This document shows, one piece after another, positions 1-10,845 of a stretch of DNA of 64,000 nt. Position numbers and translations under genes: made by a program. The DNA is taken from the NCBI GenBank assembly GCA_002269645.1, contig NIVC01001574.1, positions 124,001 to 188,000 on the forward strand. Direction: 5' to 3'. Source of the DNA: Macrostomum lignano (lineage: Eukaryota). The number at the start of each line of letters is the position of its first letter. The first letter of the stretch is position 1. The notes below the pieces were generated by a model. It was not told the DNA's origin and made no database searches. It saw only the letters and a list, made by a program, of their open reading frames with translations.

Positions 1-978
1 TCCAACACTCCAACACAGCCCTGACCGATCCTCACTGCACAGCTCCAATACAGTCCTGACCAATCCTCACTGCACAGCTCCAATACAGTCCTGACCGATC
101 CTCACTGCACAGCTCCAACACAGTCCTGACCAATCCTCACTGCACAGCTCCAATACACCAACACAGTCCTGACCAATCCTCACTGCACAGCTCCAACACA
201 GTCCTGACCAATCCTCACTGCACAGCTCCAACACGCCAACACAGTCCTGACCGATCCTCACTGCACAGCTCCAACACACCAACACAGTCCTGACAGATCC
301 TCACTGCACAGCTCCAACACAGCCCTGACCGATCCTCACTGCACAGCTGCAACACAGTCCTGACCGATCCTCACTGCACAGCTCCAACACAGTCCTGACC
401 AATCCTCACTGCACAGCTCCAACACAGTCCTGACCAATCCTCACTGCACAGCTCCAATACACCAACACAGTCCTGACCAATCCTCACTGCACAGCTCCAA
501 TACACCAACACAGTCCTGACCGATCCTCACTGCACAGCTCCAATACACCAACACAGTCCTGACCGATCCTCACTGCACAGCTCCAACACAGTCCTGACCG
601 ATCCTCACTGCACAGCTCCAACACAGTCCTGACCGATCCTCACTGCACAGCTCCAACACAGTCCTGACCGATCCTCACTGCACAGCTCCAATACACCAAC
701 ACAGTCCTGACCGATCCTCACTGCACAGCTCCAATACACCAACACAGTCCTGACCGATCCTCACTGCACAGCTCCAACACACCAACACAGTCCTGACCGA
801 TCCTCACTGCACAGCTCCAATACACCAACACAGTCCTGACCGATCCTCACTGCACAGCTCCAACACAGCCCTGACCGATCCTCACTGCACAGCTCCAACA
901 CAGCCCTGACCAATCCTCACTGCACAGCTCCAACACAGCCCTGACCAATCCTCACTGCACAGCTCCAACACGCCAACA
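1..978. repeat. Minisatellite of alternating 35-bp and 43-bp units
   Basis: Unit ACAGTCCTGACCGATCCTCACTGCACAGCTCCAAC has period 35 (ATCCTCACTG at 601 and 636). A variant carries an 8-bp TACACCAA insert. The array runs off the window start. Confidence 0.97.
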
Positions 979-1854
979 TAACCCATCAGCGCATCATTAT
1001 AACACGCAAAATCTGCAGGGCAGAAGCGAAGCTGACTCGGCAAGAAATCATTAATAAAAAATTCACCTTCAACAGGACTGTCTGACAAAGATCAGCAACA
1101 AGGATGCCTTTTACGATTTAATGATCTCGCTATGGGCCGTCTTCACATCCCTTTGCCAGGTAACATCCGCAATGCTGCCTTTGCAGGCATTCCAACAGCT
1201 TGTTCCATGCCATGCAGACCTGATTCTTCTGTCTCCGTCTCTTTGAAAACTGACTTGTTGCATTTCAGGCCATGTGCGTCGCCTCCACAATGGTGAGCAT
1301 CATGGGCCCGGCTGAGTAAGTTTTGAATTTTCCAAAGGTCGTGGAAAAGGTCCTACTGGTGAATCCACAAAGTTGAGCAGCGCTTCAAAGTTAAAGAACA
1401 ATAACTTGAGTGCTTAAGTATGGAATAAAAATAATTTCAGGCGCGCAGCAATTTTTTTAGTTGCTTTTAACAAGACATGCTTGCAGAAACCAGGACACTA
1501 TTTTGAATTATTATATTTGCTGCTGGTGCTACAGCAATACAAGTATATTCGTTACCTTCAAAGTATTGCTTTATTTTTTACCAGATGAGGCGCCAGTTTA
1601 AGCATTGATGAGGCGCCAGTTTGGTATTGATCCCCCCCAAGTCCTTGCACTGAACAGCCGTACGCAGCCTTCAGATAGCTACGACCGAGCGGTGGGATGC
1701 ACATCTGACCATTAGTAATTAGTCATATTAATCTTATTTACTCCGCCACCGAAGATGTCGACACCAGGAGCGACTCTGCCGCTGTACAACTATAAATAAC
1801 GCAGATGTGGATAATATGTATAAATAATATGTATCAAACTGACTGTATACAAAC

Positions 1855-2088
1855 CACAGATAATAAATACCCTAGATGGTTCACTCAGCATTATCTTTAT
1901 GCGTCAGTTTGATTTGCTACTCTCTGTCCAGTGGCATAAGCGCATATTTGCTCTATTTTTTGTCTTGACATAAAATATTTGGAGAGAATGATGGTCTAGA
2001 TGCCCGCGTCACACACGCACAACCTTGGCGCTTTCAATTCTTTTATCTATGGCCAAGCTTGGCAGTGGATCGGTATTTAGTATCTGTG
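1855..2088. mobile_element. hAT-type MITE (234 bp)
   Basis: 17-bp TIRs CACAGATA(A/C)TAAATACC and an 8-bp TSD ATACAAAC (1847-1854, 2089-2096). The mirrored arm near 24555 shows the empty site. Confidence 0.85.
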
Positions 2089-2418
2089 ATACAAACTATA
2101 AATATGAGCAATCACTGCGTTTACGCCTTATACCTATTTAAATTCACCCAGTTTTCCCACCCTAGTTCACCCACCCAGTACTTTGTTGGTATTTGGGCGC
2201 GACTGGATCAGCTTAATGCAACTTGGATGTCGGCCACAGACAACAACTTTTAACACCAAGATGGCTTCTTTTCTCTGCATATGTGTAGCATTGAGTAAAA
2301 ACCCTCCATGATGTGTAGCGTTTAGCTGACGACAGACTTTGCAGACGACAGAAGCCAGTGATTTTCCCAACAACTTTCACAACTGCAGAGACTTTACCAG
2401 CCGTCAAAACTGCAGCAA

Positions 2419-3501
2419 ATGCTGGCGCAACACCTTTGGCCGATGGCTGTTCTCGTTTTGGCTGGCGCACTGCTCGGTGAGTTCGAGTTCGCTGTTGAGC
2501 ATGGCTCTTATCTCTCTTTTGAAAAGTACCGTCAGACACTGTCGTGCGTTACTCGTTAGCTTTGGAGCCGCTCATTCGCACATTTCTCTTTTAGGCCGAG
2601 CTCAGGTCAATGCGAAGTCAAACGACACAATTAACTGCTACAGAGGCTGGGATGTTGACGTGACTCCCGAATTCCCCAAGGGCATTGAGATCTGTCCCAG
2701 CTCGACCGTCTGCTCCGAGTTTCAAACGTGGAAGAACTTGAGAGAGAGTTCCGGCCTTTATGTGAGCAGCTCATCATCTGATTTGCGCGATTTTACAGGC
2801 CCGGGTATCTCTCTCTTGAGCAGTGAATATTTGTTGGCTGCAAACAACAATAATATGCTATAATTTACGCTTCAGGATCTCAATATGCACTGCGGACCCT
2901 GCTCTGTTCACCAAATCCAAGAAGGCAACTTGACGCAATGCCGCGAGTGCACCACGGATTTGTGCAACGACAAATTCGCCAAGGAGCTGGTGCCGGAACT
3001 TCCGAATTTAATCATATGCTACAATTCACGAGACTTTGAAGAGGAAAAGATTATTCATCCGATTTGGAGGCTGTGTCCCAGAAAACAGGGCTGCGGCACA
3101 GGTTTTTCTTCAAACGGTGTAAGTTGTCCAGTTTACTCAACCTTTTGTGTCTGCTCTAAACTACTGTCAGATTCCCAGCTGTCTCATTGATCCCAGCAAA
3201 GCCCACTCTGCTAAAATTCCAGTTGACATTGGTCGACTGCGGGGACGACTGCGAGAAGTTAGGCTGGAAAATGTGCCGCCGCTGCTACAGCCACATGTGC
3301 AACGACAGGGGCGACTATTGGAATTACGGAGATCCAAATGCCAAACCGAGGCCTTTTATACAAGACAGGAAGCTTCTCAGCGATGAGGTAGTTTCTGTGA
3401 GCAGCCCGGTGACCCGACCGACCGGCCTGGTGTCCGTTCTCTCACTGGTGACAGCGCCGGCTCTGAGGCTGGTCTGGCATCAACAACTGCTCATGCCTTA
3501 G
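2419..3501 (+). CDS. Spliced gene for a two-domain Ly6/uPAR (three-finger)-like, probably GPI-anchored surface protein, about 248 aa (copy A)
   Basis: Exons 2419-2476, 2595-2761, 2876-3118, 3223-3501 with GT..AG introns and a consistent phase (747 nt). Signal peptide MLAQHLWPMAVLVLAGALLG; two 8-Cys repeats ending CRECTTDLCN and CRRCYSHMCN; hydrophobic C-terminal tail. Confidence 0.8.
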
Positions 3502-4836
3502 CTTGAATAGCTGCACTGTGTGCTCAGGACCCAAGTACTCAGCCAATTTACCTGCTTCAGTTTTCTGTAGGAGTAGCTCGGTCAGTAGATGGACTGGAAT
3601 ATTGCATGCGCAATTCAGAAATGCTACGTATTTAGTTTTTGCCAGCTCGACAAACGTAAAATGAGGAAGTGCTTTCCTGGTGCTCTTAGGCATTATAACG
3701 CTTTCCAATTTACACATATAATTATAGTTTACATAAACGCACCAAACATATAATACATTTACTGGCGTATCAGCTCCTGTTATCCTAAAAGAAAAGCTAC
3801 ACTTGCCAATAGCGGAAAACCACACGCATGCAAATAGGGCTGCGATCGATCTGCAGCGAATCTGTCCGACTGCTGCTTGGACCTGTGTGTACAGAGTTGA
3901 CTTTGTACAGAGCTGCGTGAATCATGGAGAATGGAAAATTTGTTATCCTTGCCACTTTGATGGAAGTAAGGCGGGGAGTTTGAAACTGCGGAGTGAGACT
4001 GTCAGTTTGGCTGTGGTGGTCGCATGTGAGGTTGGTGTATTGGCGCTGCTCGTCGCGGGTGCCATTTAGTCCTGTATCCGCTTGTGAGAGCCTACATATC
4101 CTGTCTGCTCAGATTATCTTCTCAGCCACAATGGATATGGCCACTGAAAGTCAACTGCAATCAGTCACCGATCCGAGTGTGCTTCAACTAAAGGCGGCAC
4201 TGCAAGCGCGCAAAGTGCCAACGAAAGCTAGGAAGGTCGCCTCACGTTCTCGTCTCGTCTGAGCGTCTAGCTGCCCATGCCATGAGCAGGAATTCCAACA
4301 GGTAGGCACTGACGACTTGTTTTATGGATGGAGCAGAAAGAGGAGGCAGAGCTTCGACGGTTGCTGGACAAAAGGCACCAGATCACGGTAAACTACCAGA
4401 AGTTTTAGTTAGTCTGCTTGTGCTGAGTCTGACAGGTGGTAAATTAAAGGCGGTGGCTGATTGCAGAGTAATTATTTTTATGGTTTTTACATTTCTGGAA
4501 GTCAGAATGTTTTACAAACAGATTGCACAGGAATTCAACTTACTATGTTCCTAATCACTGCAGCGATTCCCCGAAAACGAAGCTTTTAAAAATTGCGTCA
4601 ACCAGCAGTCTTCTTGACGTTTGATTTAGTAGTGACGATCCTCAGTGGGAAAGAGGGATGCTCGTCCGGTGGCTCAGAGAAACTTGACAAGCCGTGGGAT
4701 ATTCTGACATATTCTGATAGCCGTGAGATGGCTGACTTTTGTCGATTGACGGGTTGGGGCAGAAGGGCAGGTATAGTCTTCATCAAAGGTGCGCAATGGA
4801 ACCGGACGCATCGAGACCAGTGCGTCGATGAGATCC

Positions 4837-5058
4837 CGCAGGGTTGTGCTCAAGCAGGGTTGTGCTCAAGCAGGGTTGTGCTCAAGAAGGGTTGTGCACA
4901 AGCAGGGTTGTGCTCAAGAAGGGTTGTGCACAAGCAGGGTTGTGCTCAAGCAGGGTTGTGCTCAAGCAGTGTTGTGCTCAAGAAGGGTTGTGCTCCAGCA
5001 GGGTTGTGCTCAAGCAGGGTTGTGCTCAAGCAGGGTTGTGCTCAAGCAGCGTTGTGCT
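4837..5058 (+). repeat. 16-bp minisatellite GCAGGGTTGTGCTCAA (about 14 copies)
   Basis: Period 16. It produces the KQGCAQAGLCSSRVVL repeats in all three frames. Confidence 0.95.
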
Positions 5059-5194
5059 CAATCTCAGCGTTAAGTCGGGCAAACATCTGCTGCCACGTAT
5101 TGATGAGCCTTTTACTAAGCTGGCCAAAGCTTACAAAACTCAACTTTTCGCAGACCCACTCGATCTGCTCAATCTGCTTCCACTGCACAGCGCA

Positions 5195-5492
5195 TGTCGC
5201 GACTTTCCTAGTCATTTCTTAGTTTACCTTCACTTGTCTCTGTTTACTCTGTTTTCTCTCTCTCTGTCTAGCTCAATCTTGTTATTCTTATCTCTCTCTC
5301 TCCCTTGCTGCCTTCTGATTGGCTCTCCATTCTCGCCTCTCTGTTCAGTCGCGCACTTCACCCCTCTCCTTATTATCTGGAGTCAACCCCCCTCTAAATT
5401 AGTCATATAAATATACTTTTTTGGGCCCTGCGCCCACTTACTGGCTTATCTTAGATTCAATTTAACTCTAATTTAAATATCTCATAATTCAA
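5195..5492 (+). repeat. Left terminal direct repeat of the YR element
   Basis: Matches 9506-9803 with about 3 substitutions. Begins TGTCGCGAC; contains a reverse CCAAT box (CTGATTGGCT) and TATAAATA near 5407. Confidence 0.95.
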
Positions 5493-5942
5493 CTCAGGCC
5501 GTCGTCACGTCGTCAGAGTCGGTGTCGGCAGTCAATCTCACCGGTCTTTGTCAAACTTTCTTCACTCGGTCCCCTCCTCTCTTGTCAGTGTCTACAGTTG
5601 TCTCTAGTTGTCTCCAGTTGTCTCTAGTCGTCTCCAGTTGTTCTTTTCATCAACTTGATTCTCATCTCATCTCATCTCTCTCATCTCAGCTCTCGTACTC
5701 AACTGACAATGTTAATGTTTTCTCTAAACTATACCAGCCATTTACAATTAAAAATAGCTCATTTTTAGGGGGGAGGGTGGATATATTCAGTCTTTTCAGT
5801 CTTCTCATTGGTTCAAAAAGTGTGCTTTGTGGGCGGCCGTAGGCCGCGTACAAAGTGTGTTAGGGGTGGCGGGGTGGCGTCTGCGTTGGGGGGGTTGTCG
5901 CGGGGCGGCTAGCTTTTAACCCCCCCAACTGCTCTGCTCGCG

Positions 5943-6521
5943 GTGTCGCACATCAAGAGGGGCCCACTTCTCATACCTGACTTCGTCGAAGACTCCGGAA
6001 ATGTCAGCGCTGGCAATAAGAAAGGAACAAATACCAGACAGAAGCCTCTGGAGCAGATTAGCATCGGCGAGTTGATAAGTGCGAATGCGAGAATTCTCCA
6101 GTCCCTGATCGAATCTGGCGAGATGATTGACTGGGAAGCGCGCGCTGCTCCAAGGTTGCATGAGTACCTTGCCTACAACCGCCAGTTAGGCGAACTGCTG
6201 AATAGTGGATTTGACGTCAGTAATGCCCTGCTCTATGATGACAGCTTTCGGAGGCTCCAGCATGAAACCAGTCGTCACTGGGACAACGAGTCTTTCCAGT
6301 TGCTCTCACGACACCTGCTTGCTCCGAATCGGCTCAGCGCTATAGACAGCAGCTTGCAGCGTAGAAAGCAGCCACAGAATAGGAGGAATCGCCAAATCTG
6401 CCTGCTCTTCAACCGCGATACCGGCTGTAAGTTCGGCGAGGAATGCAAATTTCAGCATGCTTGCGTCATCTGCAGAAGGGACCATCCGGGTCATCTGCAC
6501 GCTTCAGCGTCAAAAAACTAG
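5943..6521 (+). CDS. Gag-like ORF1 of the YR retroelement
   Basis: C-terminal CLLFNRDTGCKFGEECKFQHACVICRRDH finger, typical of Ngaro/DIRS ORF1. The true start is uncertain. Confidence 0.75.
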   Translation: MSHIKRGPLLIPDFVEDSGNVSAGNKKGTNTRQKPLEQISIGELISANARILQSLIESGEMIDWEARAAPRLHEYLAYNRQLGELLNSGFDVSNALLYDDSFRRLQHETSRHWDNESFQLLSRHLLAPNRLSAIDSSLQRRKQPQNRRNRQICLLFNRDTGCKFGEECKFQHACVICRRDHPGHLHASASKN

Positions 6522-8240
6522 ATGACCGCCCGCCCGCCATTGTAAATAGTTCATCAATCCGCGATTTTATTCCTGATAATTTTCCTACATCCAGCTGTGG
6601 TGACATGCGCTTTTGTGAATGGTCGAAGTATCTTGATGAAGACAGAGATGCCGAGTTTCTCTTTAATGGTATTAGTGCCGGGTTTATGATCACTGATGAT
6701 ACCAAATTCTGCGAAAGCTTTAAGCCTAACTACAACTCTGCGCTCGCGCACCAGGAGCTCGTGGATAAGCAAATTAAAGAAGAGCTAAGAACAGGCCGCT
6801 ATGTGATGTCTTCCACAAAGCCTACGAAGGTCAGCCCGCTGGCAGCAATCCCTAAGGGCAGCTCATCAATCCGGCTGATTCACGACGCCAGCGCTCCGTA
6901 TGGAAATTCTATCAACAGTCACTACCATCAGCAAGAACGCATCCGCTTTCAGTCTATCGATGAATTTTATCGTCTGCTCCGTCCTGGCTGCTTTGTGGCA
7001 AAAGTCGACTTCAAGCATGCCTACCGCTCCGTTGGAATTCACCCTTTTTGCTACCCGGCAGCCGGTCTGCAATGGAAATTCAAAGGAGCCGACTCGCCGT
7101 GCTACCTGGTTGACACCCGGCTGATGTTTGGCGCAGCTGCCTCCGTGTCCATTTTTTCACAGAATCTCGCAGGCGATTGTCCGAATTATGCAGTGGTCTG
7201 GCTTTAGCAATGTCGTTGGTTATTTGGACGACTTTGGCCTTGCCTTTGACAGTAGAGCCAAGTGTGAAGAGGCCTTTGAGTTTTTAACTGGCCTTCTCCA
7301 ACGTCTCGGGTTCGACATCAACTGGGAGAAGAGCAGCGCCCCAGCCCAGACCGTCACCTACCTCGGTGTGAACATCGACACGAGTTCTGGTTTGCTTTGC
7401 CTGCCCGATGATAAGATCGATCTGACTGTCAACCTCGTCCAGCAGATGAAGCTGAAGTCTCGGTTGACTAAGCGGGAGCTTCAGAAGCTGTGTGGCAAGA
7501 TTAACTGGTGGTGCCAGGTCGCTCCTCCCGTGGGTAGAAGTTTCCTGCGCAACCTTATCTCCAGAGTTAACTCTCTAGCTCATCCTAGGCACTGCATCCG
7601 TATGGATGAGTCGCTGCGTGGCGAGCTGGAGTGGTGGACCCTGGCTATCCGAAAGCTGAATGGTCGCGAGCTCTGGCCCAAGTATCTCAACGAGTGGGTG
7701 CTGGAGAGTGACTCATCCGAGAAGGCGGGCGGCTGCATCGTCCGCAGCCACAATTTTTGTGACTGGATCTTCATCGACTGGGAGAAGGACTTCAATGGCC
7801 AGTTTGCCAAGTACCCGATCAACTACAAAGAAGCTCTCGTGCCGCTTCTCACTCTGATGGTGCTGCGCCCGCTGCTGAGCCAGTGCAAGGTCGTATGCTA
7901 CGTTGACAATGACCCAGCTGTCTTCATCCTCAACAAGGCTGCTTCTAAGGACCCTGAGCTGCTGCGCTTGCTTCAGACCATTGGTCTCTTCTGTTTCGCA
8001 AACAAAGTTGTGTTAAGCTTCTTTCATGTGACGGGCTGGTTTCAGACCTATGCTGACCCCATTTCGCGTCTTCATTCTCGGAGTGGCCTCATTAACTTTT
8101 GCATGCGTTTTTATGGCACTGTGCAAGTGTGCCCGCTTGAATTTGCCTCCCAAGCGCTGGCCTCTGCTGCCTCCCATTTTCTGCTTTTACAGGTCCTGAC
8201 CCTGCGGTGCGGCGGCTTCGGGGGCGGGCGGCTCGTCTGA
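6443..8240 (+). pseudogene. RT/RNase H ORF of the YR element with one frameshift near 7150
   Basis: RLIHDAS, KVDFKHAYR, LMFG | GYLDDF, TYLGVNID; RNase H residues ESDSS, INYKEA, YVDN, ADPISR. Confidence 0.9.
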
Positions 8241-9190
8241 TCGAGTTGTCTCTGGCGGAGTCGACACGGCTGACCTACGAGTCTGTCTGGCGAGCCTGGG
8301 TCGTTTCTGTCAAGGGCTAAATGAACGACCTGAGCAGCCCACGGTGGAGCTTCTCTAATTCGACATCTCTCTTCGCCTACTTTCGTTCAACAGTGTTCAA
8401 CTTCATCTGCAAGCGTTGAGCTGGTATTGCCGCTGCCTCGGTCTTGACGAAGTCGCGCGAGCTCCAATTCTGCCACTCATCCTAAAAGGAATCAGACGGG
8501 ACCTAAGCAAGTCGTGGACCCCAGCCACTAAGCAACCACTCCGGCCGGAGCATCTGATGCGCATTTGCCAGCACCTGCTGCTGTCAGATCCGGCAGATGC
8601 TGCTCTGTGGGCTCTCGTGCTCACGGGCTGGTTCGGCATGCTTCGCCTCGATAATCTGTGCGCCCGCAAGAAATCGGTTGACTCGGCGATCGCGATAAGG
8701 ATATCTGATGTCAAGTTCAGCCGCGCTGGTGTTACCATCTTTGTAGCCCGTTCAAAGACAGTGCAGTTCGGTGAGCGCATTCACACCATCCAGCTCCCGG
8801 TCATGGGCCCGAGCTCAGCAGCTGCTCTCAGATTGTGTCCTGTGGCTGCGCTCCGACATCACTGGCAGCTGAATCGCCTTTTTGATGCGTCTCACAGTCT
8901 GCCCATATTCTCAGTTTCATCAGCGCCGCGATCCTCAGGCCTCTGACTCAGCGGGGGGTTCGCCACCGCCTGCATCGCCTGTTCTGCAAGGCCGGACTGG
9001 AAGCTTCTAGCTTCTCGGCGCACTCGCTCCGGCGTGGTGGAGTGACGTTTGCTTTCAATGCTGGGCTGAGCGTGGACCGCATCAAGCTGCTGGGAGATTG
9101 GCGCAGCTCGGCGGTTTCGCGGTACATCTCTGATGGCAATGCCGGTAACCTAGCGGCCCGTCGATCTATGTCTGCTTGCCTTGGCTCCTA
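8193..9190 (+). pseudogene. Tyrosine recombinase ORF of the YR element (frameshifted)
   Basis: SLAESTRLTYESVW N-terminus, GWFGMLR, ARSKT, CPV, HSLRRGG, LGDWRSSAVSRY, spread over shifted frames. Confidence 0.88.
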
Positions 9191-9505
9191 CTGTTCATCA
9201 TTTGCCTCCTCTCCCCTCTGACTCGCCTGCTTTTTGGAGTTTGGGGTTGCTCCCCTGCTCGCTGCTTTGTGCCCACGTTCTGCGTTCGGTCTTCGTCACT
9301 CGCCTAACCCCTAACTGCTCATTAAAAATCTAAAGTTTAAAATTCGGTCTTAATATTTTGCATTCACTCTACTGTTTTTGTATTCAAATTCTTAGTCATA
9401 TTATGTATTTTTCAAATCGTTTTATACACCATTTATTGTGAATGTATTTATTTCAATTGGTAGTGGTAGTCACTTATTAAAAATTGTTCCCTTTTTTGGG
9501 GGGAG

Positions 9506-9803
9506 TGTTGCGACTTTCCTAGTCATTTCTTAGTTCACCTTCACTTGTCTCTGTTTACTCTGTTTTCTCTCTCTCTGTCTAGCTCAATCTTGTTATTCTT
9601 ATCTCTCTCTCTCCCTTGCTGCCTTCTGATTGGCTCTCCATTCTCGCCTCTCTGTTCAGTCGCGCACTTCACCCCTCTCCTTATTATCTGGAGTCAACCC
9701 CCCTCTAAATTAGTCATATAAATATACTTGTTTGGGCCCTGCGCCCACTTACTGGCTTATCTTAGATTCAATTTAACTCTAATTTAAATATCTCATAATT
9801 CAA
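9506..9803 (+). repeat. Right terminal direct repeat of the YR element
   Basis: Copy of 5195-5492. Begins TGTTGCGAC immediately after the purine run GGGGGGAG. Confidence 0.95.
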
Positions 9804-10845
9804 TCGTTAGTATTTTCTCTACAGCGCAGATCAACAATCCAAAGGGCCAGCTCCGCTACACCTGCCTGTACAGCAACAGAGGCGCTCCTGCTGTCGGCAT
9901 CTGCCATGGCAGTGTATATCCACCAGAGGGCCTTCGGCGTCAAGCCCCAGATGATTTCAATGGCCCTGTGCAGCCACTGGCAGAACAGCGCAGCCTTGTG
10001 ATCGGGTGGGACAGGAATACACTTAGTTTTTTCTTGCAGAAGGGAATGTCCGCTCCCTTGTGTTTTTGAAAGCGGATTGGCAATTTGATACCTGATCCTG
10101 CTAGTGAACTTGATCCTGAGGTCGCACCTAGCCCGCCCATTGTGCAGCAGAGTGAATAAAATTTAGGGAGGTAATCCCAAAAAGAGATTGTTTTGGCACC
10201 GCAGGCACTCAGCATTCTTGAGTTCCATAACGGATCACAAGGTTTGGCGGGGGACAAAGCATTGAACTGCTCCTTCTCAACTTCTGCTGGGGATTATGTC
10301 CTCTCTGTTCCCCGGTGGACACACCCCTGCCCTCCCGCTTTTATGATTATTGCTTTCAAGGCAAGGTGAGTGAGTGAGCGTAATTATTCCATGTTATTTG
10401 TTTGCTCATGGCAGTCCTTAAATTCAATCAACCAATAAAAGCTTTCTTTCAATTAAACTAGTTTTCCCCCGGCCCAGTAATTTTATTCATCGCGAAAAGT
10501 ACATTTCTCCATTTGTAAAGAGGAAAAACTATATACGAGCGTATTGAACTTGAAAGCTCAGCAGCTCAGATAAAAGTACACAGTCTAATCCTAACTTGAC
10601 TCGGCTTTACACGGAAGCAAATGCTTTACTGGGAGGGGGTTTTGGCCACAGACTATGAGACCAGACAGACAGATCTCGAGCTCGAGCTGAAGCTTGCAGA
10701 ACTGTCGAATTTTCGGGCCTGTCCGCCCTCGGAGATTTCAGCCACAGAGAGGCACTGAGCTTCCAGCACTATATAAGCGAGCGCCCTGAGCCAAGAGGAG
10801 CGGCAACACTTCATCGCGACAACTGACAAATCTACAGCTGTCATC

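Larger units (their letters stand above)
5195..9820 (+). mobile_element. Tyrosine-recombinase retrotransposon (Ngaro/DIRS group)
   Basis: Gag with Cys/His finger, RT (YLDD) plus RNase H, and a YR ORF (GMLR, HSLRRGG, LGDW, RY). It has 298-bp terminal direct repeats and is flanked by ACAGCGCA at 5187-5194 and 9821-9828. Confidence 0.92.
4755..10070 (+). pseudogene. Fossil Gypsy-type reverse transcriptase fragment, split by a minisatellite and a YR retroelement
   Basis: Degenerate RT motifs in order: W..GIVFIK/NGTGRI (about 4760-4815), VLN..KHLLPRIDEPFTKLAKA (5050-5135), LTKLNFSQ; after removing 5195-9820 the text reads in frame FHCTAQINNPKGQLRYTCL..APA, then a PDDF (YxDD-like) segment. Confidence 0.55.

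Noticed and set aside
1-978. CRISPR-like regular repeats and repetitive Cys-rich ORFs
   Set aside because: Head-to-tail units with no unique spacers, no cas genes and a eukaryotic context. The ORFs are translations of the minisatellite.
980-1580. Coding-looking stretch on the minus strand
   Set aside because: Stops in every frame I translated and no recognisable motif.
4593-5410. Long ORFs with KQGCAQAGLCSSRVV repeats (also 21332-21791)
   Set aside because: Artefact of a stop-free 16-bp minisatellite.
9940-10257. 105-aa ORF identical in both arms (21076-21393)
   Set aside because: The identity is explained by the recent duplication. It has no motif and lies antisense to the fossil RT.
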